Assembly (NCBI GenBank): GCA_025999155.1
Contig: AP026679.1
Coordinates: forward strand, 17,408 to 81,407
From: Candidatus Dojkabacteria bacterium
GTDB lineage: Bacteria; Patescibacteriota; Dojkabacteria; JAOAGR01
DNA: 64,000 bases
Direction: 5' to 3'
The notes beneath the pieces are model-generated. The model was not told where the DNA came from. It searched no databases and was given only the letters and a program-made list of their open reading frames with translations. The position numbers and the translations under genes were made by a program. Numbering within the stretch: the stretch's first letter is position 1; every line of letters begins with the position of its first letter. Positions 9,516-20,707 of the stretch are shown here, in pieces.

Positions 9516-10657
9516 GAAATAGCTTCCCGAAGAATTTGCCTATCTTTCCAGATTATTTTATTAGTTACAACACGGCGATGTGACTTTATTGCTAGAATAA
9601 GGAAAAGTGTCATTTTCACAGGGTAAAAAATTAAATTAAAAATAAGAGATCTTTTAAACATTAAACTTAAAAATATCGTTTGTATGAAAATTGTGATAAT
9701 TGGAATGTAGAATTTTGTATCTTTAATTACTAATATTGGCGGAATGGTATAAGCAAGAAATACTGTTGTCACAAAGAGATAAAATGTAAATGCCTTCATT
9801 TTTGCACCAGCGTAGAAATTATTTGCAAAGCCATGAAAAGCAGTTTTAAAATTTCTGTACATTCTACAAAATACCAAATTATCGGTTAGATATAGGTGTA
9901 CTTTGTAATGATTCCTCTTCAGGGTTCTAGTAATTTCTAGTTCCCCTGCTATATTTTTACCTACGCATGCATGGCCATCTATTGCATGATAAGCATTTTT
10001 TCTAAAAAACATATATTGTCCACAGGCAGCAGATAAACTAGGAATATAAAGAGCATTTGCTATACGAATAGGAAGAAATACAGCTAATAGCCACTCCATG
10101 AATGTAGATACTAAGATTTTTTCACCAAGAGTTTTGGTAACTTGAGAAGGAACCACCGTAAGCAAATCAAGGTTATATTTTTGCATAATATCCATGCTTG
10201 AAGAGACGGCACATTTATTTAATACAACATCTGCATCTATAAAAAGTAGGAAGTCACCATTCGCATATTTTGCCAGATTGTAGCAAGCCCATGATTTACC
10301 ATTCCATCCATCAGGTAGATCAGTCCCCGAATACAGTTTGATCCTTTTATTAGGGTACTTTTGAATAATACGTTCTACAATGTTTGCAGTATTATCCGTA
10401 GATTGATCATCAAGGACGATTATTTCGACATTCTTATAAGTCTGATTGATTGCAGAGAGTAGGGCTTTGGCTATATTACCTTCCTCATTACGGGCTGGGA
10501 TAAGGATAGAAACTAATTTCTGATCTAATTCCCCTGTATATTTCGATGTCAATTTCTTCAATTTAGGAGCTGTTAAAAAATTGAAAATCGTGATTATTGT
10601 AAGTATAGTTACAACGAAAGTTACAAAGATAAATAGTATGTAAAAAATAACTCCCAT
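9512..10657 (-). CDS. family 2 glycosyltransferase, membrane-bound
   Basis: GT2 signature (ILIPARNEEGNI...VLDDQSTDNT...IDADV) followed by C-terminal TM helices. Confidence 0.7.
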   Translation of the reverse strand: MGVIFYILFIFVTFVVTILTIITIFNFLTAPKLKKLTSKYTGELDQKLVSILIPARNEEGNIAKALLSAINQTYKNVEIIVLDDQSTDNTANIVERIIQKYPNKRIKLYSGTDLPDGWNGKSWACYNLAKYANGDFLLFIDADVVLNKCAVSSSMDIMQKYNLDLLTVVPSQVTKTLGEKILVSTFMEWLLAVFLPIRIANALYIPSLSAACGQYMFFRKNAYHAIDGHACVGKNIAGELEITRTLKRNHYKVHLYLTDNLVFCRMYRNFKTAFHGFANNFYAGAKMKAFTFYLFVTTVFLAYTIPPILVIKDTKFYIPIITIFIQTIFLSLMFKRSLIFNLIFYPVKMTLFLILAIKSHRRVVTNKIIWKDRQILREAIS

Positions 10658-10724
10658 AGTTATATTTTATCATCAAAATATTTATCTTAGCTACCGTGAC
10701 AACTAGAGAGTAATTTTATTCGAT

Positions 10725-13700
10725 TTACACCAGGACTTTTCTTAAGTAATGTCCGGTCCAACTTTGTGTTGAATTGATGATGTCTTGTACTGTACCAGTG
10801 GCTACTACATACCCACCAGCATCACCTCCTTCAGGACCTAGATCAATAATCCAATCTGCCGTTTTTATTACATCTAGGTTATGCTCTATGATAATCATTG
10901 TATTACCTTTTTCGACTAGCTTGTGTAATACCTCCAAAAGTTTATCTGTATCAGCAAAGTGTAGTCCAATAGTGGGCTCATCAAGAATGTATAAAGTCTT
11001 GCCTGTTGATTTTTTTGCTAGTTCCGTAGCAAGTTTAATTCTTTGTGCCTCTCCTCCAGATAAAGTTGTTGATGGTTGACCGATTTTTATATATCCGAGA
11101 CCTACTTCCTGTAGTAATTTTAAATGTTTATATATTGCGGGAATATTATTAAAGAACTCTACTGCTTCATCTACAGTCATCTCCAATACGTCATGAATAT
11201 TTTTTCCTTTGTATTGTACTTCGAGAGTTTCTCTATTATATCTTTTGCCTTTACATACCTCGCAAGGTACATAGACGTCAGGTAGAAATTGCATCTCAAT
11301 CTTGATGACACCGTCACCTTTACAGGATTCGCAACGTCCGCCTTTAACATTAAATGAAAAACGACCAGCAGTGTAGCCCCGTAATTTTGCTTCATTTGTA
11401 TTAGCAAATACATTACGTATTTCATCAAAAAAACCTGTATATGTAGCAGGATTAGATCTCGGAGTCTTTCCAATAGGTGACTGATCGATCCTGATGACTT
11501 TATCAATATTTTCAATACCTTCAATGTTGTCGTGTTCTCCTACAGGGTACCTTGTTTTATAAAAGTGATTGTGTAGGGCTGTGTATAAAATACTATTAAC
11601 AAGAGTAGATTTGCCTGATCCACTTACTCCTGTTACACATATAAGTTTGCCAAGAGGAAACTCTATATCTATGTTTTTAAGATTATTTTGACGTGCTCCT
11701 TTGATTACTATTTTCTTACCTGATAGAATTCTTTTTTTTGCTTTTGAATCAAGATATTTTGAGCCGACGATTTTGGATTTATTTAGAAATGGCCCTGTGA
11801 CGGAGAATTGGTCTTTTTTGATTTCTTCAGGAGTGCCTTGGGCTACTATATTTCCTCCATTAATTCCTGCACCTTCTCCCATATCGATTATCCAATCTGC
11901 TTCATTCATAGTTTCTTCACTGTGTTCTACCACAATAACTGTGTTACCAATATCGCGTAAATGTTTTAATGTATTAATAAGGCGAGAATTATCTCTCTGA
12001 TGTAGTCCTATGGATGGTTCATCTAATACGTATAATACTCCCGAAAGTCCAGATCCAATTTGTGATGCTAGTCGGATTCTTTGGGCTTCACCTCCTGATA
12101 ATGTACTTGCATTACGGTCTAATGTAAGATAACCGAGCCCTACATCCATCAAAAATTTTAAACGAGTCGAGATTTCTTTTAATATTGTTTTCGCTATTTC
12201 ATATTTTGGTTCTGATAAGGTGAGTTCTTCTTCATATTCCTCATCGTATATGACGAGTTTACGGTATAAAATTCCATTTTTTTGGAAAGTTGTATTTGCT
12301 GGGTATAATTCGGGTTTGATATGTGTAAGACTGTCTATCCATTGCAATCCTTGTTCTATATTCATTTTAGTTACTTCTACAATGTTTTTTCCACATACTC
12401 TTATCGATAAAGCTTCTGGTCTTAGTCGTGTACCGTCACATACTGGACAGGTTTTGGTGACCATATATTTTTCTATTTCTGATCGTATGTGTTCTGAATC
12501 TGTTTCACGATAACGTCTTTCAAGATTAGGAATAACTCCTTCAAACTTTGTTTCAAATTGTCCAGTGAATCGATTTCCTTCAAGTTCTAAAGTGATCGTC
12601 GTTTTAGATCCATAAAGGATTTCATCCAGAATATTTTTTGGTAAATCCTTCATTTTTGTTTTGAGGCTGAAATTTAGTTTTTTCGCTAAAGCATCGAGTT
12701 GTCGCATGTACCAGCTATTTGGATCTACAGATCTAGACCAAGGAAATATAGCTCCTTCAGCTATGGTCAGATTAGGGTTGTATATCAGTTGTGGGTCTAT
12801 AGTTTTGATATAACCTAAACCTGAACAATGAGGACATGCTCCATGTGGTGAATTAAATGAAAATGTGTGAGGCTCTATTTGTGGATACGATATTTTATCG
12901 TGCTTACAGACTAGATTTTCAGAAAATAATATATCTTTTGCCTCATCGTAGAGATTGATTATTAATTCACCCTCACCATATCTCAAACATGTTTCTACAG
13001 AATCTGTCACTCTTTGTTTAAACGCGAGGAATTCTTGCTCATTTTCAAAACCTATAGATTTATAATCTATAGAATTAGAATCTTTGTCGTTCAATAACTC
13101 CGGAGAGATATTAGCCGGTATGCTGAGTCTATCTACTACAATTTCAATTTTATGTTTTGTTGTTTTTTTTAGCGTAATATCATCCTCTAGGTTCTTAATT
13201 TCACCATCAACTCTTACTCTTGCAAAACCTTTATTTAATAGATTGATAAATAAGTCTTCATAAGATCCCTTACGATCTTTCACTATTGGCGCAAGCAATA
13301 ATATCCGAAGGGAAGTTTTGTTATGTTTTTTAGGTAATTCGAAAATTGAGTCCACGATTTCTTGGACGGTTTGGGATTCAATTGGTCTACCACATTTATA
13401 ACAGAATGGTTTGCCAACTCTTGCGAACAATAACCTAAGATAATCGTAAATTTCTGTTATTGTCCCCACCGTTGAACGGGGATTTGATGATGTCGATTTC
13501 TGATCAATAGCAATGGCAGGGCTTAATCCCTCTATATAATCTACATCAGGCTTTTCCATCATGCCAAGAAATTGTCTAGCGTAAGATGATAAGCTCTCCA
13601 CGTACCTTCTTTGTCCTTCCGCATATATAGTGTCAAATGCTAATGACGACTTGCCTGATCCAGAAAGGCCTGTGATTACAACTAACTTGTTTTTAGGGAT

Positions 13701-13766
13701 TGATACGTCTATGTTTTTGAGGTTATGGACTCTTGCTCCTTTTACCTTAATAAATTGGTCTGCCAT
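10725..13766 (-). CDS. uvrA: excinuclease ABC subunit UvrA
   Basis: 1013 aa with two ABC ATPase modules (GLSGSGKSS and GVSGSGKST; LSGGEAQR twice) and zinc-finger Cys clusters. Canonical UvrA layout. Confidence 0.95.
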   Translation of the reverse strand: MADQFIKVKGARVHNLKNIDVSIPKNKLVVITGLSGSGKSSLAFDTIYAEGQRRYVESLSSYARQFLGMMEKPDVDYIEGLSPAIAIDQKSTSSNPRSTVGTITEIYDYLRLLFARVGKPFCYKCGRPIESQTVQEIVDSIFELPKKHNKTSLRILLLAPIVKDRKGSYEDLFINLLNKGFARVRVDGEIKNLEDDITLKKTTKHKIEIVVDRLSIPANISPELLNDKDSNSIDYKSIGFENEQEFLAFKQRVTDSVETCLRYGEGELIINLYDEAKDILFSENLVCKHDKISYPQIEPHTFSFNSPHGACPHCSGLGYIKTIDPQLIYNPNLTIAEGAIFPWSRSVDPNSWYMRQLDALAKKLNFSLKTKMKDLPKNILDEILYGSKTTITLELEGNRFTGQFETKFEGVIPNLERRYRETDSEHIRSEIEKYMVTKTCPVCDGTRLRPEALSIRVCGKNIVEVTKMNIEQGLQWIDSLTHIKPELYPANTTFQKNGILYRKLVIYDEEYEEELTLSEPKYEIAKTILKEISTRLKFLMDVGLGYLTLDRNASTLSGGEAQRIRLASQIGSGLSGVLYVLDEPSIGLHQRDNSRLINTLKHLRDIGNTVIVVEHSEETMNEADWIIDMGEGAGINGGNIVAQGTPEEIKKDQFSVTGPFLNKSKIVGSKYLDSKAKKRILSGKKIVIKGARQNNLKNIDIEFPLGKLICVTGVSGSGKSTLVNSILYTALHNHFYKTRYPVGEHDNIEGIENIDKVIRIDQSPIGKTPRSNPATYTGFFDEIRNVFANTNEAKLRGYTAGRFSFNVKGGRCESCKGDGVIKIEMQFLPDVYVPCEVCKGKRYNRETLEVQYKGKNIHDVLEMTVDEAVEFFNNIPAIYKHLKLLQEVGLGYIKIGQPSTTLSGGEAQRIKLATELAKKSTGKTLYILDEPTIGLHFADTDKLLEVLHKLVEKGNTMIIIEHNLDVIKTADWIIDLGPEGGDAGGYVVATGTVQDIINSTQSWTGHYLRKVLV

Positions 13767-13879
13767 AATGAAGGGTTATCCTCGTATTTTATATTTAAAG
13801 TCTTATTTACTCAAATATCTATCATATGTATCAAAGAAAAGGATTTTTCAGATTCATGATATCATGCTAATATAATTCG

Positions 13880-14608
13880 ATGTCTTTAGTCATTAAAAAA
13901 TATTCTTTGGGTATTGCTGAATTAGGTAAGCAAATTCTTGATTACGCGGATTTGGATATTGGACCTGGTAAAATTGTGGTATTGGTCGGGGAGAATGGAT
14001 CTGGCAAAAGTTCCTTTGCTATGTCGCTTCTAGGAATTCCTGGGTATGAGCGGTCTGGTAGTGTCAAAATAGATGGTAAAGAGACTGTTGGTCTTGAGAT
14101 CGACGAAATTGCTCGTCTTGGGCTTTTTGTATCTTTCCAAAGCCCTCCAGAAATTGAGGGAGTGACTTTATTTGATTTTCTTAATGCAAGTTACAGATCT
14201 ATATATGGTAGCGGGGGGCTTTCTAGTTTTAAGTTACGTAAAAAAATTATCGATGCAGTAGAAAGAGTTGGTCTTAACGTGAGTTTTCTGGAGCGCCCTA
14301 TTAATCAGGGTTTTTCTGGAGGTGAACGTCGCAAATCTGAGGTATTACAAATGTTGGTTCTTGAGCCGAAAGTTGCGGTTTTGGATGAAGTGGATTCTGG
14401 TTTAGATATTCGTTCAACGATAAATGTTGCTAATTTGTTAAGAGAAACTGCTTCTCATAAGAAGTGTGCTCTTTTAGTTATATCACATAGTATTGAGTTT
14501 ATACGTAAATTACACCCTGATAAAATTTTTCAGCTTAAAAATAAAAAATTTATAGAAGTAACTCTTGAAGAAATCGAAAGTTCAGGGTTAATTCAAGAAA
14601 GTAATTAG
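13880..14608 (+). CDS. sufC: Fe-S cluster assembly ATPase SufC
   Basis: Walker A GENGSGKSS, SufC-type signature FSGGERRK, Walker B VLDEVDSGLD and H-loop ISH. Confidence 0.9.
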   Translation: MSLVIKKYSLGIAELGKQILDYADLDIGPGKIVVLVGENGSGKSSFAMSLLGIPGYERSGSVKIDGKETVGLEIDEIARLGLFVSFQSPPEIEGVTLFDFLNASYRSIYGSGGLSSFKLRKKIIDAVERVGLNVSFLERPINQGFSGGERRKSEVLQMLVLEPKVAVLDEVDSGLDIRSTINVANLLRETASHKKCALLVISHSIEFIRKLHPDKIFQLKNKKFIEVTLEEIESSGLIQESN

Positions 14609-14703
14609 GATTTGCATACTTTTATTTAATGATTTTAATGCAAAATAGAATAGTAGTTTGCATAGAGACAATGTTTATGCATATTTGTTAAGCTAGCTTT
14701 ATT

Positions 14704-16113
14704 ATGAGCAAAAACGGATCAGAAAAGATAATAATCTCAGAATATAAGTATGGTTTTAAGAAGCCAGAAGAATACGTATTCAAGACGGACGTAGGGTTGA
14801 ACGAGGATGTCATAAGACAAATCTCCTCCATGAAAAATGAACCTAAATGGATGTTGGATTTTCGGATCAAGGCCTATCGAATATTTGTAAATAAACCCAT
14901 GCCAACATGGGGAGTTGATTTATCCGAAATTGATTTTAATAATATTGTTTATTATTTAAAGCCTACGGATACACAGAAGAAAACTTGGGACGAATTACCT
15001 GAATCTATCAAGGATACTTACGACAAATTAGGTATTCCTGAAGCAGAGAGGAACTTTCTTGCAGGTGTAACCGCGCAATACGAAAGTGAAGTGGTGTACC
15101 ATAGTCTCATAAAGGAATTAGAAGAAAAAGGGGTTGTGTTTACCGATATGGATACAGGTCTACGAGAATATGAAGATCTGGTAAAGAAGTATTTTGGTAC
15201 TTTAGTGCCGCCTACAGATAACAAGTTTGCAGCATTAAATTCAGCTGTTTGGTCTGGAGGTAGTTTTATTTACGTGCCAAAAGGGGTCAGGGTAGCAATT
15301 CCTTTGCAGGCGTATTTTCGGATAAATGCTAAAAACATGGGTCAATTTGAAAGAACTTTGATTATTGCTGATGAAGGTAGCTTTGTGCACTATATCGAAG
15401 GATGTACTGCACCAGTGTATTCTACCTATTCTTTGCATAGTGCAGTAGTTGAAATTTTTTGTTTGCCCGGGTCGCGTGTACGTTATACTACTGTACAGAA
15501 CTGGGCACCTAATGTTTATAACTTAGTAACAAAAAGAGCTGTTGCCTATGAAAATGCGATTATGGAGTGGATTGACGGTAACATTGGTAGCAAGAAAACT
15601 ATGAAATATCCGAGTATTTTATTAAAGGGCAAAAATGCAAAAGGGATTGTTGTTTCAGCGGCATATGCGGGTAAGAATCAAGAGCAGGATACTGGTACAA
15701 AGATTTTTCATTTAGCACCAAATACATCTTCAGAGATTACATCAAAGTCCGTTAGCCAATATAACGGTAAAACTACCTATCGGGGAATTATCTCTATAGC
15801 TCCTAATGCTTATAACTCTAAAGTCTCGGTGAAATGTGATGCTCTGCTTTTGGATGAAGAATCTCAGACAGGTACGATTCCAGTAAATATAGTATCAAAT
15901 CAGGAGAACGTTGAAATTGCTCATGAAGCAACTGTATCACGAATGAAAGAGATTCAATTACATTACCTTAGATCGAGGGGTTTATCAGAAGAAGAGGCTA
16001 GTTCTATGATAGTAAATGGTTTTATTGATGTATTTACTAAAGAATTACCTATGGAATACGCGGTAGAGTTGAACCGGCTAATTGCTTTGAATATGGAGGG
16101 TAGTGTAGGGTAA
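14704..16113 (+). CDS. sufB: Fe-S cluster assembly protein SufB
   Basis: 469 aa with conserved SufB blocks ([33 protein letters not shown]). Adjacent to sufC. Confidence 0.9.
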   Translation: MSKNGSEKIIISEYKYGFKKPEEYVFKTDVGLNEDVIRQISSMKNEPKWMLDFRIKAYRIFVNKPMPTWGVDLSEIDFNNIVYYLKPTDTQKKTWDELPESIKDTYDKLGIPEAERNFLAGVTAQYESEVVYHSLIKELEEKGVVFTDMDTGLREYEDLVKKYFGTLVPPTDNKFAALNSAVWSGGSFIYVPKGVRVAIPLQAYFRINAKNMGQFERTLIIADEGSFVHYIEGCTAPVYSTYSLHSAVVEIFCLPGSRVRYTTVQNWAPNVYNLVTKRAVAYENAIMEWIDGNIGSKKTMKYPSILLKGKNAKGIVVSAAYAGKNQEQDTGTKIFHLAPNTSSEITSKSVSQYNGKTTYRGIISIAPNAYNSKVSVKCDALLLDEESQTGTIPVNIVSNQENVEIAHEATVSRMKEIQLHYLRSRGLSEEEASSMIVNGFIDVFTKELPMEYAVELNRLIALNMEGSVG

Positions 16114-16279
16114 AATTTTCTATTTAGAAGAAGTAATGTAAATGTCAAAACTTTGTCTTTTTTAAATTCATGATATTTAATTATGTTTTTATTTAATCCG
16201 TGATTGAAATTTATTGGCTGAGCTGAGTGTAAATTTGAGCTTCTAATAATTCTACCGATGCTACTATGATGCTAGTACT

Positions 16280-17461
16280 CTAGCATTGGCCTCTAATAAT
16301 GTATTTTTCAACTTTAATGTTATGTTCATCTAAAGTCCTAGAGTAATGAATTTGTCCGCATGGGTCATGTAAATAATATAGATACTCTGTTTGTGTCGGA
16401 TTTAGTACTGCAATAATCGCATCTAAACCAGGATTAGATATTGGAGTAGGGGGTAATCCTAAATTTTTACGTGTATTATAAGGATTATCCTGTTCAATGG
16501 CTTGCAGTAATTCATCTCCTGTTACCCACCAAGTCTTTTGGTTAGGAGAATAGCCATATCCGTATTGTGAAGTAGCATCAATACCTAAGGCTTTACCCAT
16601 TTTCAGTCTAGCATCAATGATCCATGCTATTATTTTACGTTCGTCATTGTTGTAAGCCTCTCTTTCAACTATAGATGCTTTAATTATGACTTCGTTTAAA
16701 GTTTGATTTGTACGAATAAGATCTGGTAAAATTTGTTTATAAACCTTTTGCTCAAAATTTTTTAATAACTTTTCTACTATTTGGCGAGCCGAAACATCTA
16801 CACAAAAAAAGTAAGTATCAGGAAATAAGTAACCTTCAAGATTAGTAGGTAGAGTAAAATCAAAATTTAGTTGATCATCAAGTTGAAAATTACGTGCTAG
16901 ATTGATGAATTCGTCCTTTTTGTAGTTTATTTCCGTTACATCAGTTGCTTGTTCGAGTTGTTCTTGAATTGCGTCGGCAATTTCTTCGATTCTGAGTCCT
17001 TCTTTAATTCTAATAGAGACTTGTTTGCATGCTGTAGGTGTGAACAAAGTGTGTAACTCTTTCACCGGAGTATGCGGAGCAATCTCATATGTACCGGGTT
17101 GGATTTTGTTTGTGTCAAATTGATTGAGTTTGAGATACAGCTGATAGCTTGGGATAAAGATTATTTGATTATTCGGAAGTAAACCTTGTTGTACTAATCG
17201 ACTATAGATATGGTATAGAGTGTCGTTTTCGGCAATAGTAACATTAACGACATTCTCATTAAGAGTTTTTGAATTTATAAATGAAGAATATTGGTTTACT
17301 TGCAGAATGCCGTATATCACAACTGATATAGTAGTCATTAATGCCGTTAATATCACAAAGCGAGATTTTGAGTATTTTCCTTTTTGTTGGTTTAATTTAT
17401 TACGATAACGGGGATGTAGAGGATATTCTCTTTTTATAAACCGTACCTGTTGTGTAAACAT
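16280..17461 (-). CDS. mltG: endolytic murein transglycosylase MltG (YceG family)
   Basis: N-terminal TM, then YceG-like domain with conserved LPPTPISNPGLDAI and YLYYL blocks. Confidence 0.8.
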   Translation of the reverse strand: MFTQQVRFIKREYPLHPRYRNKLNQQKGKYSKSRFVILTALMTTISVVIYGILQVNQYSSFINSKTLNENVVNVTIAENDTLYHIYSRLVQQGLLPNNQIIFIPSYQLYLKLNQFDTNKIQPGTYEIAPHTPVKELHTLFTPTACKQVSIRIKEGLRIEEIADAIQEQLEQATDVTEINYKKDEFINLARNFQLDDQLNFDFTLPTNLEGYLFPDTYFFCVDVSARQIVEKLLKNFEQKVYKQILPDLIRTNQTLNEVIIKASIVEREAYNNDERKIIAWIIDARLKMGKALGIDATSQYGYGYSPNQKTWWVTGDELLQAIEQDNPYNTRKNLGLPPTPISNPGLDAIIAVLNPTQTEYLYYLHDPCGQIHYSRTLDEHNIKVEKYIIRGQC

Positions 17462-17490
17462 CTAGCTATAATAAAAAATTTAGATTAAAT

Positions 17491-19314
17491 TTGCATAATG
17501 TCTCAACAAGTTTTGAATCCTGTATAATTAAAAATATGACTATCAAACAATTACAAGAATTGAGTGATACGAAAACTATTTTTTATCACTTGAAGATCCT
17601 TTTGTATGATGCAATTAAAAAGTGTTTTGGTATTGAAGTTGATATAAATAACATTGAAGTCGATTATCCTAAGTCTAGAATTTTTGGACATTTAACATCA
17701 AACATTATTTTACAAATAGCTAAGCTTGTAGGAAAAGCTCCAAGGGAGGCTGCTCAACAAATATTGCCTTATATTCGTCATGAAGATATTGAAAGGGTGG
17801 AGATTGCAGGCCCTGGTTTTTTGAATTTTTACTTGAATAAGAAGTTTTTCCTCAAACATCTTGGACGAATATTAGAAGAGAAAGATGGCTATGGAAGTTG
17901 GAATTTAGGTCAAAATAGAGTAGTTTTAATGGAATTCGGTTCACCAAATGCTTTCAAGTCTTTAAGTGTAGGTCATTTAAGAAATGCTATTACAGGACTG
18001 AGTTTAAGTAGATTACTCACTTTTTTAGGCTATCGTGTCGTTAACTTAAATTATTATTCAGATATAGGTTTACATGTGGCAAAGAGTATATATATGTTTT
18101 TACGAAGGCCTTTACCTAATGATTTTGAAGCTCGCACTACACATGAAAAAATGAATTATATAGTCGATTGTTATGTTGAAGCTAATCAACTTTTTGAAAC
18201 TAATCCCGATGTGAAATCAGAAATTCAGGAAATCAATCTGAAAATCTTTTCCGGAGAAGATAGTATCATAAATGAAACTTATAAAAAATTATTACAATGG
18301 AGTTTGGATCATCAGCACTACGACTTTTTCGAACGTATAGGCGTCAAATTCGATCGTGAGTATTCCGAGTCTCAAATGTCTGATGCTGCTGTGAGACTAT
18401 CAACAGAGCTAGAGGGGAAAGTATTGATTCGTGACGACAATGCTTTAGTATTTCCAGGAGAACAGTACAATGTCAATCGTTATGTATTTTTATCAAAATA
18501 TGGTACACCTACTTATTCTGCTAAGGACATGGCTCTTGCCCTAAAAAAACGTGAAGATTATCCTAATTATCACTTTTCAATAGTTTTAACATCTGTTGAA
18601 CAAAACGATTATTTTAAAAGTTTAATCACTGCTTTATGTGTCTTTGATAATTCATTTAAGGACAAGTATTATCATTTGGGCTATGGCTGGCTTCTAGGTA
18701 TGGATGGTAAAAAGGCTTCTACACGAAAAGGTAATATTGTTGATGCTGTTGATTACCTTAATGAAGCAAAAGAAATTGCAAAAGAGCGTATAAAAGAGGA
18801 TAAAAATTACTTACCACAAGATATAGATAACATTGCAGAAAAAATCGGGATTAGTGGATTGAAATTTTTATTTTTATCTCATGAGTTGCACAAAGATATT
18901 GTTTATAATCCTACCGTCTTTTTAGATCCACAGGGTTATTCTGGCCCTTATATTTTATATGCTTATGTGCGAGCGAAAAGTATACTAAGGGAAGCAAATA
19001 TTGATAAATTTGACTTTGATTCATCCGGCCTCAATACAGATTATTCAGTGAGTGACTGTGAGGAAGAGTTATTAGAAATATTATCAAAGTTTGAGAATAT
19101 TACATTTATGGCAGGCACACAGCTTGCACCACATATTATTGCTAATTATTTATTTGATCTAGCCCAATCATTCAACAAATTTTATAAAGAACATAAAGTG
19201 TTAGTTGATAATGAATTTGTACGTAATTTCCGTTTGTCTCTAACGCTAGCTACGGCTACAGTTTTGGCAAATGGTCTATACCTTCTAGGAATCGAAACTA
19301 TAGACCATATGTAA
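17491..19314 (+). CDS. argS: arginine--tRNA ligase
   Basis: Class I HIGH-type region (PNAFKSLSVGHLRN), ArgRS catalytic core and a C-terminal DALR anticodon-binding region. Probable true start is the ATG at 17536 (MTIKQLQ...). Confidence 0.9.
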   Translation: MHNVSTSFESCIIKNMTIKQLQELSDTKTIFYHLKILLYDAIKKCFGIEVDINNIEVDYPKSRIFGHLTSNIILQIAKLVGKAPREAAQQILPYIRHEDIERVEIAGPGFLNFYLNKKFFLKHLGRILEEKDGYGSWNLGQNRVVLMEFGSPNAFKSLSVGHLRNAITGLSLSRLLTFLGYRVVNLNYYSDIGLHVAKSIYMFLRRPLPNDFEARTTHEKMNYIVDCYVEANQLFETNPDVKSEIQEINLKIFSGEDSIINETYKKLLQWSLDHQHYDFFERIGVKFDREYSESQMSDAAVRLSTELEGKVLIRDDNALVFPGEQYNVNRYVFLSKYGTPTYSAKDMALALKKREDYPNYHFSIVLTSVEQNDYFKSLITALCVFDNSFKDKYYHLGYGWLLGMDGKKASTRKGNIVDAVDYLNEAKEIAKERIKEDKNYLPQDIDNIAEKIGISGLKFLFLSHELHKDIVYNPTVFLDPQGYSGPYILYAYVRAKSILREANIDKFDFDSSGLNTDYSVSDCEEELLEILSKFENITFMAGTQLAPHIIANYLFDLAQSFNKFYKEHKVLVDNEFVRNFRLSLTLATATVLANGLYLLGIETIDHM

Positions 19315-20695
19315 TCTCGCGCACTTTACTTTGTTCTTTGTGATTGTCAATACGATTCTTGGATATATTTAGTGCTAAACCCATGGCTCCCATTAATGAA
19401 ACCATTGAGCTACCGCCAAGTGATATAAAAGGTAAGGTTTGGCCTGTCATTGGTAAGATACCTAGATTTGCTCCTACATGCACAAAAGTTTGAAAACCTA
19501 TCCATGCAGCGATAGAAACTAATGTCAAGTAATATACCGTATTGTGTGTTAGCAAATTGGCAGTATTTAACAATCTTCGAATGAGGTTAAAATACAAGAG
19601 TAAGATGCCTGTTGTCATTATGAAACCGAGTTCTTCCGCCATTACTCCGAAAATTGAATCGTCTCCTGCGGAAGTTTTGGGTAAATAATATTTGCCTACA
19701 GATTTACCTAAACCTAAACCTATAAGACCTCCGCTGCCCACCGATGTCAAGACCTGGTCTAATTGATATGATTTACCTTCGCGTGTTTGTACGCCGTTGT
19801 CATCAGTGTATAAAGTGTCATTCGTTTTTAAATAATTGATCCATACTTGTATTCTGTCCATACGGTAAGATTCAGTCACTGTGAATATTATACCGCCGAG
19901 GACGATTAAAACCATGAGTATGACAAATCCGAGGTGTTGAAACCGTGTTTTTGCAGATGTCCAAAAAGTTAATAAACCGATGAACCCTATGACTAGTGCT
20001 GTTCCTAAATTTCGAGTAAGTAAAATCATCCCTATGACAATAAAAAACAGTATAATAAACACCAAAAATAGTTTGATATTATTTTTTAAATTTGTTTCCT
20101 TATCTACAAATTTTTCGCTGAGTTTTGCTAGAAACGGTGCAAGAAAGATGATAAAACCTAATTTGACAAATTCGGAAGGTTGAAATTGTAATGATCCTAT
20201 ATTAAGCCACCGTGTAGCACCATCTATTGCCTCTATTTGTTGTGTAAAGCTTAAATAAAGCAAATATCCAAGTATTAAGATACAAAAAATATAAGCAAAC
20301 TTCCAAAACCGCATGATCAATTCAACTTTTAAGAAATAAAATATAAAAAATACTATAAATCCTATCGCGATAAGTCTGAGGTGGTTTTGAAGATAAAAGT
20401 ATTTATTATTGTTTTCCGAATAGTAATATGCAAAAGGGATTGTTGCTGAAAATATCGCAATGACACCAATGGCTAGTATGCTGAGAAAATAATATAGTAA
20501 TGGCTTGTCATGATTCAGCCGGAAGTCGAATATTTCGTGTAGAGAAGATTTGTTTGCAGATTTTTGCTGTTTTCTATTGATTTTGGAAGTTAAAGTACTT
20601 TTCTTTTTACTTTTTTGGGGAAATAGCCCTGTCAAAGAAAAACGCGCAAAATTCCTTTTCACTGGTTTTTTCGAATGTACTAATCCAAGAGACAT
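19298..20695 (-). CDS. SEDS-family peptidoglycan glycosyltransferase (FtsW/RodA), with basic N-terminal extension
   Basis: About 10 TM helices, with the conserved SEDS C-terminal region (PLPFISYGGSS-like GQTLPFISLGGSS). A roughly 60-aa Lys/Arg-rich N-terminal tail precedes them. Confidence 0.8.
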   Translation of the reverse strand: MSLGLVHSKKPVKRNFARFSLTGLFPQKSKKKSTLTSKINRKQQKSANKSSLHEIFDFRLNHDKPLLYYFLSILAIGVIAIFSATIPFAYYYSENNNKYFYLQNHLRLIAIGFIVFFIFYFLKVELIMRFWKFAYIFCILILGYLLYLSFTQQIEAIDGATRWLNIGSLQFQPSEFVKLGFIIFLAPFLAKLSEKFVDKETNLKNNIKLFLVFIILFFIVIGMILLTRNLGTALVIGFIGLLTFWTSAKTRFQHLGFVILMVLIVLGGIIFTVTESYRMDRIQVWINYLKTNDTLYTDDNGVQTREGKSYQLDQVLTSVGSGGLIGLGLGKSVGKYYLPKTSAGDDSIFGVMAEELGFIMTTGILLLYFNLIRRLLNTANLLTHNTVYYLTLVSIAAWIGFQTFVHVGANLGILPMTGQTLPFISLGGSSMVSLMGAMGLALNISKNRIDNHKEQSKVREITYGL

Positions 20696-20707
20696 TATGA
20701 TGAGTAT

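Noticed and set aside
16114-16279. Hairpin ATGCTAG-TACT-CTAGCAT in the convergent sufB/mltG intergenic region as a bidirectional terminator
   Set aside because: The stem is short (7 bp, AT-rich) and is not followed by a T-tract on either strand, so it gives insufficient support.
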